In this document: positions 28,666-36,507 of the stretch, piece by piece
Layout of the letters: each line of letters starts with the position of its first letter
Numbering within the stretch: the first letter of the stretch is position 1
NCBI GenBank assembly: GCA_036826295.1
Contig: DAISWO010000002.1
Location: forward strand, 77,963-141,962
From: Candidatus Saccharimonadota bacterium
GTDB lineage: Bacteria > Patescibacteriota > Saccharimonadia > Saccharimonadales > JAGQNJ01
Reading direction: 5' to 3'
Length of the DNA: 64,000 bases
Position numbers and translations under genes: made by a program
Notes under the pieces: generated by a model
Database searches by the model: none
What the model was told of the DNA's origin: nothing
Seen by the model: the letters and a program-made list of their open reading frames with translations, nothing else

Positions 28666-28978
28666 GGATTTGGTAGTTAACCTGTGAGAGCGTTTGGTCA
28701 TCGCTAAAGAATCTGACAACATCTAATACGAGTTCTCCTACCGCAAGAACACGATCGGGATTATCAATACTACAAGGCGTGATATCAGCCTCGTATTGAA
28801 AAACTTCGTGAGCAATAGCGTGAATAGGATCTTCGCCAACCATAAAAACCCCTACAAGGGGTCTACTCGGTGCCTCGCCATAGGCGATTCTTTTAACATT
28901 CATATAGACATCGAACCCCATTCGTTGTCCTCTGCTTTCTATAGAATCATCGGGCCTAGGTAATCTTATTAGTGACAT
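28649..28978 (-). CDS. hypothetical protein (109 aa)
   Basis: ORF only; convergent overlap with the tmk-thyX stop. Confidence 0.5.
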   Translation of the reverse strand: MSLIRLPRPDDSIESRGQRMGFDVYMNVKRIAYGEAPSRPLVGVFMVGEDPIHAIAHEVFQYEADITPCSIDNPDRVLAVGELVLDVVRFFSDDQTLSQVNYQIPTEGL

Positions 28979-29169
28979 AATATCCTCATTAAAAAGGCCT
29001 CCGTTTTTGTGGAGGCCAGTCTTTCGTTCTTTATTGCTTTATCGCAATCGGCCTCCACGCATATCGCCACAAATGATCACTCGATTTGTGAGCATTGTTT
29101 TATGGCTATATTTAACCGGACGTATTAATTTATTCATACCGCAATTAAAATTACTCCTATAAAAAGGGG

Positions 29170-29197
29170 TTGTCAAGATTATTTTTTATGATAAATT
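29170..29197 (+). promoter_or_regulatory. promoter of Leu leader (TTGTCA, 16 nt spacer, TGaTAAATT)
   Basis: -10 ends about 9 nt before ATG 29207, implying a leaderless or near-leaderless leader peptide. Confidence 0.5.
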
Positions 29198-29206
29198 ATA
29201 TATCTA

Positions 29207-29284
29207 ATGACTACAAAATCGTTGAAGCAACAAAACCTGCTACTCAGCCTACAAGGGTTGTGCTTCAACATGGTTGAAGCCTAA
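29207..29284 (+). CDS. Leu-rich leader peptide MTTKSLKQQNLLLSLQGLCFNMVEA (25 aa)
   Basis: Hand translation; codons 11-15 are CTG CTA CTC AGC CTA; overlaps attenuator segments 1-3. Confidence 0.7.
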   Translation: MTTKSLKQQNLLLSLQGLCFNMVEA

Positions 29285-29342
29285 GCGAATAACTCGCTTC
29301 TAGCACAACCGACATCAAACGGCTTCAACGAAGCCGTTTTTT
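29221..29342 (+). promoter_or_regulatory. four-segment transcription attenuator upstream of the leuA-like gene
   Basis: Seg1 GTTGAAGCA 29221-29229. Seg2 TGCTTCAAC 29261-29269. Seg3 GTTGAAGCC 29273-29281. Seg4 GGCTTCAAC 29321-29329, inside terminator AAACGGCTTC-aac-GAAGCCGTTT+TTT 29317-29342. Confidence 0.8.
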
Positions 29343-29360
29343 AAATAATAAGGAGCTAAA

Positions 29361-30644
29361 ATGAGTTTTGAACAAGTAGATGTACATATTTTTGACACAA
29401 CTTTACGTGATGGGGCCCAATCGTTACCTAGAGACCATCAGTTTCCTGTAGGTTCGAGGACAGAAATTGCTGATAAGATAGCCGGCTTAGGCGTTGGTGA
29501 AATCGAAGCTGGGTTTCCCGTCACACCAGGCGATGCGACTGAAGTAGAAGAGGTTGCTAGAACAATTGGCAATAAAGCCTATTCTGTCTCTCGATGGGAA
29601 CAAGCAGAGCTATCGGGAGAAGTTACGCGACCACCTGTTATTGCGGGCCTATCTCGTACAACTCAAGGTGATATCGAAGCAACATGGGAGGCAATCCAAT
29701 ACGCATCTCGCCCACGAATACATACTTTTGTCTCGACAGATCCAGAGCATATGGCCGCAAAGTTTCCAGGAAAGTCTCAGACCCAAGTACTAAATATGGG
29801 AAGAGATGCTATCCGTATGGCACGGGATTTTTCAGATGAGCATACCGGAGCTTCAGTAGAATTTTCCGCGGAAGCTGCTAGTACAACTGATACCGAATAT
29901 TTAGAAAGAGTAATTAGGACAGCGGTGTCAGAAGGAGCTGATATAATCAATCTTCCAGATACCGTAGGACAAAGAAATCCATTTTGGATGAAAGATTTTT
30001 ACTCTAAAGCTATCGAGTGGATTCGTTCAGAGAATCCTGACGTAGTAATCTCCGCGCACAACCATAACGATTTAGGGATGGCTGCCGCGAATAGCTATGC
30101 TTTATTGTTAGCCGCCGCAGATGCTGCACAAAAATCACAGTCCAGAGTCAATATACAAATCGAAGGAACAATTTGTGGCTTAGGCGAACGCGCAGGTAAT
30201 GCAGACATCTTCACTGTGATGGGAGAGATCTATAAGTTTGTTGGTGACTTGGCAGTACCGGTTACATGGGGCTTTAATCCAGAAAAGTCAGTCCAAATAG
30301 CAAATGATGTAATGGGTTACGCAGGATTAAGTGTTGATCGACAGAATCCTATTGTTGGCCGAGACACAATGGTACATCGATCCGGAATCCACAGCGATGG
30401 TGTAATTAAGGGTGGTCATCAAATATACACTCCACATGACCCTACTTTCTGGGGCCACAGAGAACAAGCCGTCCACGAAGAAGGACGATATCAAGGCAAA
30501 GCAGGTCGTGCCGCCGCGAGAAAATCAATTTCACAAATTGGCGCATCCGACTTAAGGGAAGTAATAGATGGAACCGTGAACCCAGACGAACACGATTACG
30601 ACGGATTCGAAAATGAACTAAGAGCCGCTGGCGTCACTATTTGA
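29361..30644 (+). CDS. leuA: 2-isopropylmalate synthase/homocitrate synthase-family (HMGL-like) enzyme, short form
   Basis: FDTTLRDGAQS, EAGFP, HNHNDLGMAAANS, HRSGIHSDG motifs; 427 aa, apparently lacking the usual LeuA C-terminal regulatory domain. Confidence 0.8.
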   Translation: MSFEQVDVHIFDTTLRDGAQSLPRDHQFPVGSRTEIADKIAGLGVGEIEAGFPVTPGDATEVEEVARTIGNKAYSVSRWEQAELSGEVTRPPVIAGLSRTTQGDIEATWEAIQYASRPRIHTFVSTDPEHMAAKFPGKSQTQVLNMGRDAIRMARDFSDEHTGASVEFSAEAASTTDTEYLERVIRTAVSEGADIINLPDTVGQRNPFWMKDFYSKAIEWIRSENPDVVISAHNHNDLGMAAANSYALLLAAADAAQKSQSRVNIQIEGTICGLGERAGNADIFTVMGEIYKFVGDLAVPVTWGFNPEKSVQIANDVMGYAGLSVDRQNPIVGRDTMVHRSGIHSDGVIKGGHQIYTPHDPTFWGHREQAVHEEGRYQGKAGRAAARKSISQIGASDLREVIDGTVNPDEHDYDGFENELRAAGVTI

Positions 30645-30669
30645 CATTAATCGACACAGAAATTATGAT
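30641..30669 (+). promoter_or_regulatory. TTGACA, 17 nt spacer, TATGAT promoter overlapping the leuA-like stop
   Basis: read directly; would start transcription near ATG 30677. Confidence 0.45.
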
Positions 30670-30727
30670 TGATGATATGAATATTTCAATTATTCAAATT
30701 ATTGAAGGGACCGTAAGCGCGGAGTAG
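30665..30727 (+). CDS. Ile-rich mini-ORF MIDDMNISIIQIIEGTVSAE (or leaderless MNISIIQIIEGTVSAE from 30677)
   Basis: Hand translation; all Ile codons are ATT; stop lies 3 nt after GCGCGG (30717-30722), which can pair with the terminator 5' arm. Confidence 0.5.
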   Translation: MIDDMNISIIQIIEGTVSAE

Positions 30728-30751
30728 TGTTAGTTTTACAAAAAAAACAAA

Positions 30752-30773
30752 CCCCGCGCCAAGCGGGGTTTTT
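30752..30773 (+). terminator. Rho-independent terminator / attenuator
   Basis: CCCCGC-gccaa-GCGGGG + TTTTT; CCGCGC 30754-30759 is complementary to 30717-30722. Confidence 0.75.
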
Positions 30774-30845
30774 AAATTTTCGAAGGAGTTTACCATTAGC
30801 CCTAACCATGAATTACTAGATTACAGCACACCCGACCACGATGCA

Positions 30846-31163
30846 GTGTTAGCCGTTCGAGGGGTTAGTTTTGAAGAGCGAGAACGCATAGCCCAAGAGT
30901 TGGCCCAATTTATGATAGGTGGTTTTAGCGCAGAGCAGCTCATTATAGCGACTTCAGCCATCGATCAACTCTATTCCAGAGCATCCGCAGGTAAAAATTA
31001 CACGCATTCTGAAGCAGATGTTTTTGCTAGAGCCGCAATATTTGCAGTGCAAACTCGAGGTATACCCGAACAAGGCTTAATAGTCGATAAGATCAAACGA
31101 AATCGTAATAGATCGCTAGGCAAACCAGGCAAAGCCGAAGTTCAAGAGTTGCAAAACATTTGA
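30846..31163 (+). CDS. hypothetical protein (105 aa from GTG; frame also open from ATT 30795, 6 nt after GAAGGAG)
   Basis: ORF; start codon uncertain. Confidence 0.4.
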   Translation: MLAVRGVSFEERERIAQELAQFMIGGFSAEQLIIATSAIDQLYSRASAGKNYTHSEADVFARAAIFAVQTRGIPEQGLIVDKIKRNRNRSLGKPGKAEVQELQNI

Positions 31164-31310
31164 CACCGACGCTTTACTCTGTTAAGATTGCATAGTTAAT
31201 TACCAAAGACAGCGATGGTCGCACGCGACTTAATCATATCGCCGAGGCAAAAACATCAACTTTTTGTATCGTACGTTTTTAAAAGTCTTTGGTAACCCAA
31301 AGGCTTTTTT
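31160..31310 (+). promoter_or_regulatory. rplJ promoter and L10-leader-like attenuator
   Basis: TTGACA 31160-31165, 17 nt spacer, TAAGAT 31183-31188. Long-range helix TTACCAAAGAC 31200-31210 / GTCTTTGGTAA 31285-31295 competes with terminator 31284-31305 + T-run. Confidence 0.6.
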
Positions 31311-31356
31311 AGTCTTCGTACATTGAAATGAATAAAATAATCAAAGAAAGGAAGAT

Positions 31357-31887
31357 ATGGCTTTAACAAAAGATCAAAAGAAAGATGTTGTTGAAGAAGT
31401 GTCTAACTTGCTTGAGAATTCAAAATTAACTGTTATCGCAGAGTACAAAGATACTAGCGTTAAACAATTACAACAGCTAAGAAAAAACGCTCGAGAAAGC
31501 GAAACTTTAGTTAAAGTAATCAAAAACCGTCTAGTGATCAAAGCTATCAAGCAAAGCGAACGGTATAGTGACGTTGATACAGCCAGTATTACCGGACAAC
31601 TATTGTACGCGTTTAACTCTGTTGACGAAGTTGCACCGGCTCAAAGCTTGGCTACTTTTGCAAAAAGTAACCCAAGTATAAAGTTTGTTGGCGGAATTAC
31701 ATCTGATGGTCAGCTAATAAGCGCCGACGATGTAGCAGCCCTAGCAGCTTTGCCAAGCAAAGATCAGTTGCGTGCACAGTTAGTTGGTACAATCGCAGCT
31801 CCACTAAGTGGATTCATGAATGTACTTTCAGGCAACGTTAGAGGTGTACTAAATGTTCTTCAAGCGAGAGCAGATTCAATTAATTAA
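31357..31887 (+). CDS. rplJ: 50S ribosomal protein L10
   Basis: MALTKDQKKDVVEEVSNLLENSKLTVIAEYKDTSVKQLQQLRK. Confidence 0.94.
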   Translation: MALTKDQKKDVVEEVSNLLENSKLTVIAEYKDTSVKQLQQLRKNARESETLVKVIKNRLVIKAIKQSERYSDVDTASITGQLLYAFNSVDEVAPAQSLATFAKSNPSIKFVGGITSDGQLISADDVAALAALPSKDQLRAQLVGTIAAPLSGFMNVLSGNVRGVLNVLQARADSIN

Positions 31888-31911
31888 GTAATAAATAGTA
31901 GGAGAAATTAA

Positions 31912-32334
31912 ATGAGCGAAGAAGTAAATAAGAGCGAAGATAAAAAAGTAGAGACTCCAAAAGAGTTCGAAAAACTAGTTTCAGAACTAGACAAAATGTC
32001 AGCACTAGAAATTAGCAAATTTGTTAAGTTTCTAGAAGAGTATTGGGGCGTAAGTGCAGCAGCACCAGCAGTAGCTATGGCAGCAGCACCAGCAGGCGGT
32101 GACGCACCAGCAGAAGAAGAAAAATCTGAGTACGACGTTATTCTAAAAGACGCAGGCGCACAGAAAGTTGCAGTTATTAAAGCTGTTAAAGATATAACTG
32201 GCCTTGGTCTTGGCGAAGCAAAAGCAGTTGTTGACGGTGCTCCAAAACCAGTACTAGAAAAAGCTAAAAAAGAAGACGCTGATAACGCTAAAAAAGCATT
32301 GGAAGATGCTGGCGCAACAGTAGAACTAGCTTAA
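31912..32334 (+). CDS. rplL: 50S ribosomal protein L7/L12
   Basis: Ala-rich hinge [15 protein letters not shown]; [28 protein letters not shown]. Confidence 0.95.
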   Translation: MSEEVNKSEDKKVETPKEFEKLVSELDKMSALEISKFVKFLEEYWGVSAAAPAVAMAAAPAGGDAPAEEEKSEYDVILKDAGAQKVAVIKAVKDITGLGLGEAKAVVDGAPKPVLEKAKKEDADNAKKALEDAGATVELA

Positions 32335-32356
32335 ACCCGATCAGAAAAACTCGATT

Positions 32357-32845
32357 ATGGTAAGACGACATAAATTAGCAGCAATTGGATTTAGTCTTGC
32401 TTTAACAGCTGGTAGTTGCTCTAGTGGCGAAGGATTACCTGCAGCTGAAACTCAACCGGCCCCTACTGAGGGCAGGAGTCTATTTGACCCGCTATACACG
32501 GCGGGTTGTGTTGCTGATGTGGTCGGAGACTTAACTTTATCGAATTTCGGCCTCTTAAAAGCCGAAGACGATCTAGTAGGTGAGTCGAATGGACAAGTTA
32601 TCTACAGAGCTGCAAGAGAGCTAGCAACACCTTTATGTGGGCTTGTCTATGCTGATCCCGACCATCGCGATATTCACTTATCTCTAGAGTCTGCCGATTG
32701 CATAAATTTTCAAGATAGGGCAGCGGCTGTGATTATAGCAACGGTCGTCGAAAACAATACTGAGGAAAGCTTTCCTGCTGTACTGGGTCAAGAAATAGCG
32801 TTCCCTGAAGCTAGCTTTGGCGAACCGCGCTGCAACAGCCAATAG
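32357..32845 (+). CDS. putative lipoprotein (162 aa) on a visibly GC-richer insert
   Basis: MVRRHKLAAIGFSLALTAGSCSSGEG signal/lipobox-like; bracketed by the rplL 3'-end duplication. Confidence 0.55.
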   Translation: MVRRHKLAAIGFSLALTAGSCSSGEGLPAAETQPAPTEGRSLFDPLYTAGCVADVVGDLTLSNFGLLKAEDDLVGESNGQVIYRAARELATPLCGLVYADPDHRDIHLSLESADCINFQDRAAAVIIATVVENNTEESFPAVLGQEIAFPEASFGEPRCNSQ

Positions 32846-32914
32846 ATTATGCGTGTTTCTACGGTGAGTTTTTTATACCATGTTTTTAGCTGTAACCCAT
32901 TTCAACCCTTCATT

Positions 32915-32967
32915 GATAACGCTAAAAAAGCATTGGAAGATGCTGGCGCAACAGTAGAACTAGCTTA
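32915..32967 (+). repeat. 53-nt exact duplicate of the rplL 3' end (32281-32333); here ends in TAG instead of TAA
   Basis: GATAACGCTAAAAAAGCATTGGAAGATGCTGGCGCAACAGTAGAACTAGCTTA occurs twice. Confidence 0.92.
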
Positions 32968-33096
32968 GTTTTTAGATAAAATCAGTAAAACAACCAAAAA
33001 GTTGTCCACAGGTTTTTTGACTATTACTATCATTAATGATATTTTAATGGTAACAGTACTGCAATAATAAAAAGTACGTGTAAAGAGACAAACAAA

Positions 33097-33606
33097 ATGG
33101 CGGATGTATCAGATAAACAAATAAAAAGATTAAAAATACTACTTCAAGAGTCGGAGACGAGTCTAGCGGCGGCTAAAGAATTGTTAGTCAGTCTTATAGG
33201 CGACGATGACAGTGCGCCAGTTATTCCTAGCGAAGATATAGCTGGAAAGATCATTGAAGGAGTTTTTGACGGGCAAAACATGGTCGGAAGTGACGGCAAG
33301 ACATATCCAGTGCCAGCTAACTACGCATCAAAGTCAAAACTAGTAGAGGGTGACATCCTAAAGCTTACAATCGCTGACGACGGAGCATTTCTTTACAAGC
33401 AAATTGGCCCAGTGGCTAGAACCCAAAAAGTCGGAACCCTAGTCATGGAGAGCGGCCATTACTTTGTAAATGTCGATAAGCAAAAATACCGCGTACTTCT
33501 CGCTAGCGTTACCTACTTCAAAGCAAAACCGGGTGATCAAGTCAGTATCAACGTTCCTGAAAGCAACGATAACGCCGAATGGGCCGCACTCGAAGCCGCA
33601 CTATAA
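33097..33606 (+). CDS. hypothetical protein (169 aa)
   Basis: ORF only. Confidence 0.55.
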   Translation: MADVSDKQIKRLKILLQESETSLAAAKELLVSLIGDDDSAPVIPSEDIAGKIIEGVFDGQNMVGSDGKTYPVPANYASKSKLVEGDILKLTIADDGAFLYKQIGPVARTQKVGTLVMESGHYFVNVDKQKYRVLLASVTYFKAKPGDQVSINVPESNDNAEWAALEAAL

Positions 33607-33679
33607 ATCTAGAGACTTCTGTTTAGTGTTTTTTATACAATCATATTCGCATAACAATTGACGTATAATATATAACCCG

Positions 33680-35110
33680 ATGGGGGAAGCATTATACCGA
33701 AAACATCGGTCAAAATCTTTGGATGAGATTGTTGGCCAAGAACACATTACTACGACACTTAGTAATGCTATTAAATCTGGCAAAATTAGTCACGCTTATC
33801 TACTCACCGGCCCAAAAGGTGTAGGCAAAACAAGTGTAGCGCGAATACTGGCCCACGCTGTCAACGAACTCGATTATCAACCAGATGCTGGCCCAAAATA
33901 CATAGATATTATCGAAATTGACGCTGCCAGTAACCGACGTATCGACGAAATTAGAGAACTACGAGAAAAAGTTCAAACAGCCCCAACATCCTCAAAGTAT
34001 AAAGTCTACATCATTGACGAAGTCCACATGCTAACTCGCGAGGCATTCAACGCCCTACTAAAAACGCTAGAAGAACCACCGGCCCACGCGATATTCATAC
34101 TGGCGACAACCGAAGCCCACAAACTACCTGAGACCATCATCAGCAGAACACAGCACTTCAGCTTTAAACCGATATCGAGCGAAGACCTAATATCGCACTT
34201 GGCTCAAATTGCAAAAACTGAAAAAATCGATATCGACGACGAAGCATTGAAGGTAATCGCATCCTATGGCAGAGGTAGCTTCAGGGATAGCATTAGTCTA
34301 CTAGACCAACTTAGTTCCTCGGGATCGAAAATCACAGCTAAAGACGTACAAGAAGCCGTTGGGATTGCTCCATCAGAAATTATTAGTAGCATTATCAATT
34401 CTATTTCGGCTCATGACCAAAAATCCCTGCTAACAACAATCGATGATATTGAGTCGCAGAACCTAGATACTGCTATTGTTGCAAGTAGTTTAATCGAATC
34501 GCTTCTCCAATCCGTCAGGAATAACAATAACAACCTTTCAAAAAAAACATTGTTATGGCTAGTTAATGAACTTACATCAGTCCAAAAATCGCCAAACCCA
34601 GATATTCGCTTAGAAATAATTCTACTTGAAGCCGTCTGGGGCGAACAAGTTAACACAAAGCCCAAAACACCAGAGGCACAATCAGCCCCCATAAATGAGG
34701 CGACACCAAAAACCGAAGCTAAAATTGAAAAACCAGTACAAAAACCGGCGGAATCGGTTCAAAAACCCGCTCAAAAAACTGACGATCTATGGACTAGAGT
34801 AATCGCTATGTTAAAAGGTAAACATAATACACTTTACGGCGTAGCAAGAATGGCAAACCCAGAAATCGGAAAAGACCGAATAAAATTAATCTTCAAACAC
34901 GATTTTCACAAACGGCGCTGTGGCGAACCTCGAAACAAAAAAATATTACAAGATACCCTTCAAGAACTTTCAGGCCAATCATTTGAAATCGAGTTTATTA
35001 CAGACAAATCTGCGCCTACTCCAAAGCTAGAAACACAAGAGCCCAAGCCATCTGATACACTAGATACAATAACTAATGTTTTTGGTGGTGGGGAAGTATT
35101 GGAAGATTAA
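33680..35110 (+). CDS. dnaX: DNA polymerase III gamma/tau subunit
   Basis: GPKGVGKTSVARILA, DEVHMLT, NALLKTLEEPPAHAIFILATTE, SRTQHFSF. Confidence 0.93.
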   Translation: MGEALYRKHRSKSLDEIVGQEHITTTLSNAIKSGKISHAYLLTGPKGVGKTSVARILAHAVNELDYQPDAGPKYIDIIEIDAASNRRIDEIRELREKVQTAPTSSKYKVYIIDEVHMLTREAFNALLKTLEEPPAHAIFILATTEAHKLPETIISRTQHFSFKPISSEDLISHLAQIAKTEKIDIDDEALKVIASYGRGSFRDSISLLDQLSSSGSKITAKDVQEAVGIAPSEIISSIINSISAHDQKSLLTTIDDIESQNLDTAIVASSLIESLLQSVRNNNNNLSKKTLLWLVNELTSVQKSPNPDIRLEIILLEAVWGEQVNTKPKTPEAQSAPINEATPKTEAKIEKPVQKPAESVQKPAQKTDDLWTRVIAMLKGKHNTLYGVARMANPEIGKDRIKLIFKHDFHKRRCGEPRNKKILQDTLQELSGQSFEIEFITDKSAPTPKLETQEPKPSDTLDTITNVFGGGEVLED

Positions 35111-36472
35111 ATGAGCCCTACCCAAAATAACCCAAGAATACCCCCACAGAATACCGACGCCGAAGCCAGCTTACTCGGGGCCATACTAATTGATAGTGAC
35201 GCTATCGTTAAGATTGCCGACCAACTGAGCCCTGACGATTTTTACGACGACAAGCACAAAATCATTTTCGAGAACGTAAAAATCCTCTATGACAAACATA
35301 GTCCAATAGACGTATTAACCTTAACTAATCAATTAAGAGCTCATAATGTCCTAGATTCCGTCGGTGGCTCTTCGTATTTGAGCGAACTGACTAATTATGT
35401 GCCAACCGCTGCTCACGTGGAACAATATTCTGAAATTGTGTCCCAAAAAGCCTTGAGACGTCGGCTAATCCAGAACAGTCAAAACATCGTGAATCTCGGT
35501 TATGACGAGACAAAAAACCTGCAAGAACTAATCGAACAGTCCGAAAAAGAATTATTCGAGACCAGCCACCGCTACGTTGGACAAAATGTTGTCAGCTTAG
35601 AAGAAATCCTGTCAGAATCTTTTGATAGATTAGACGAACTCCATAAAGACAAAGGCAAAATTCGCGGTGTGCCGACCGGATTCCGCGACCTTGATAAAAT
35701 CCTAGCAGGTCTTCAACGCTCTGACCTGTTCATTCTTGCCGCCCGTCCATCTATGGGAAAGACCGCGCTAGCATTAAACCTAGCCCATAATGTCGCTTCA
35801 AAATCAGGTGAGCCCGTACTACTCTTCAGCTTAGAAATGAGCAAAGAACAGCTAGTTGATCGATTGCTAGCGATGGAGTCAGGCGTCGATGCTTGGGCGC
35901 TTAGAACAGGTAATCTAACAGACTCGGATTTTGAAAAAATTGGTCAGGCTATGGGCACGTTAGGCGAGGCTCCGATCTTTATTGACGACAGTCCTGGTAT
36001 TACAGTTAGCGACCTTCGGACCAAATCACGTCGAGAAGCCCACAAAAGACCGATTGGATTAATCATCATCGACTATTTACAGCTAATGAGCGGTGGCGGT
36101 CGCTATAACGAAGGCAACCGCGTGCAAGAAATCTCTGAAATCTCTAGAGGGATAAAAGGGATAGCCCGTGAGCTTAATGTACCAGTGATTGCCCTCAGCC
36201 AGTTGAGTCGTTCAGTAGAGAGTAGAAGCCCACAGATACCTCAACTAGCCGACCTGCGTGAATCTGGGTCAATTGAGCAAGATGCTGACGTCGTAGCCTT
36301 TATGTACCGTGAGGATTACTACAAACCAGACACTGAAAGACGAAATATCACAGATATCTTAATCAAAAAACATCGAAACGGGCCGGTAGGTACTGTAGAG
36401 CTATACTTCGACAAAGAGCATCAACGCTTTAGATCTCTAGACAAAAAGCATGATCAACCATTTTCGGACTAG
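35111..36472 (+). CDS. dnaB: replicative DNA helicase DnaB
   Basis: PPQNTDAEASLLGAILID; ARPSMGKTALALN Walker A; IIDYLQLM; ALSQLSR. Confidence 0.95.
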   Translation: MSPTQNNPRIPPQNTDAEASLLGAILIDSDAIVKIADQLSPDDFYDDKHKIIFENVKILYDKHSPIDVLTLTNQLRAHNVLDSVGGSSYLSELTNYVPTAAHVEQYSEIVSQKALRRRLIQNSQNIVNLGYDETKNLQELIEQSEKELFETSHRYVGQNVVSLEEILSESFDRLDELHKDKGKIRGVPTGFRDLDKILAGLQRSDLFILAARPSMGKTALALNLAHNVASKSGEPVLLFSLEMSKEQLVDRLLAMESGVDAWALRTGNLTDSDFEKIGQAMGTLGEAPIFIDDSPGITVSDLRTKSRREAHKRPIGLIIIDYLQLMSGGGRYNEGNRVQEISEISRGIKGIARELNVPVIALSQLSRSVESRSPQIPQLADLRESGSIEQDADVVAFMYREDYYKPDTERRNITDILIKKHRNGPVGTVELYFDKEHQRFRSLDKKHDQPFSD

Positions 36473-36507
36473 ACTGCTATTCATAGTGGTATACTGGTAC
36501 CAATAAC

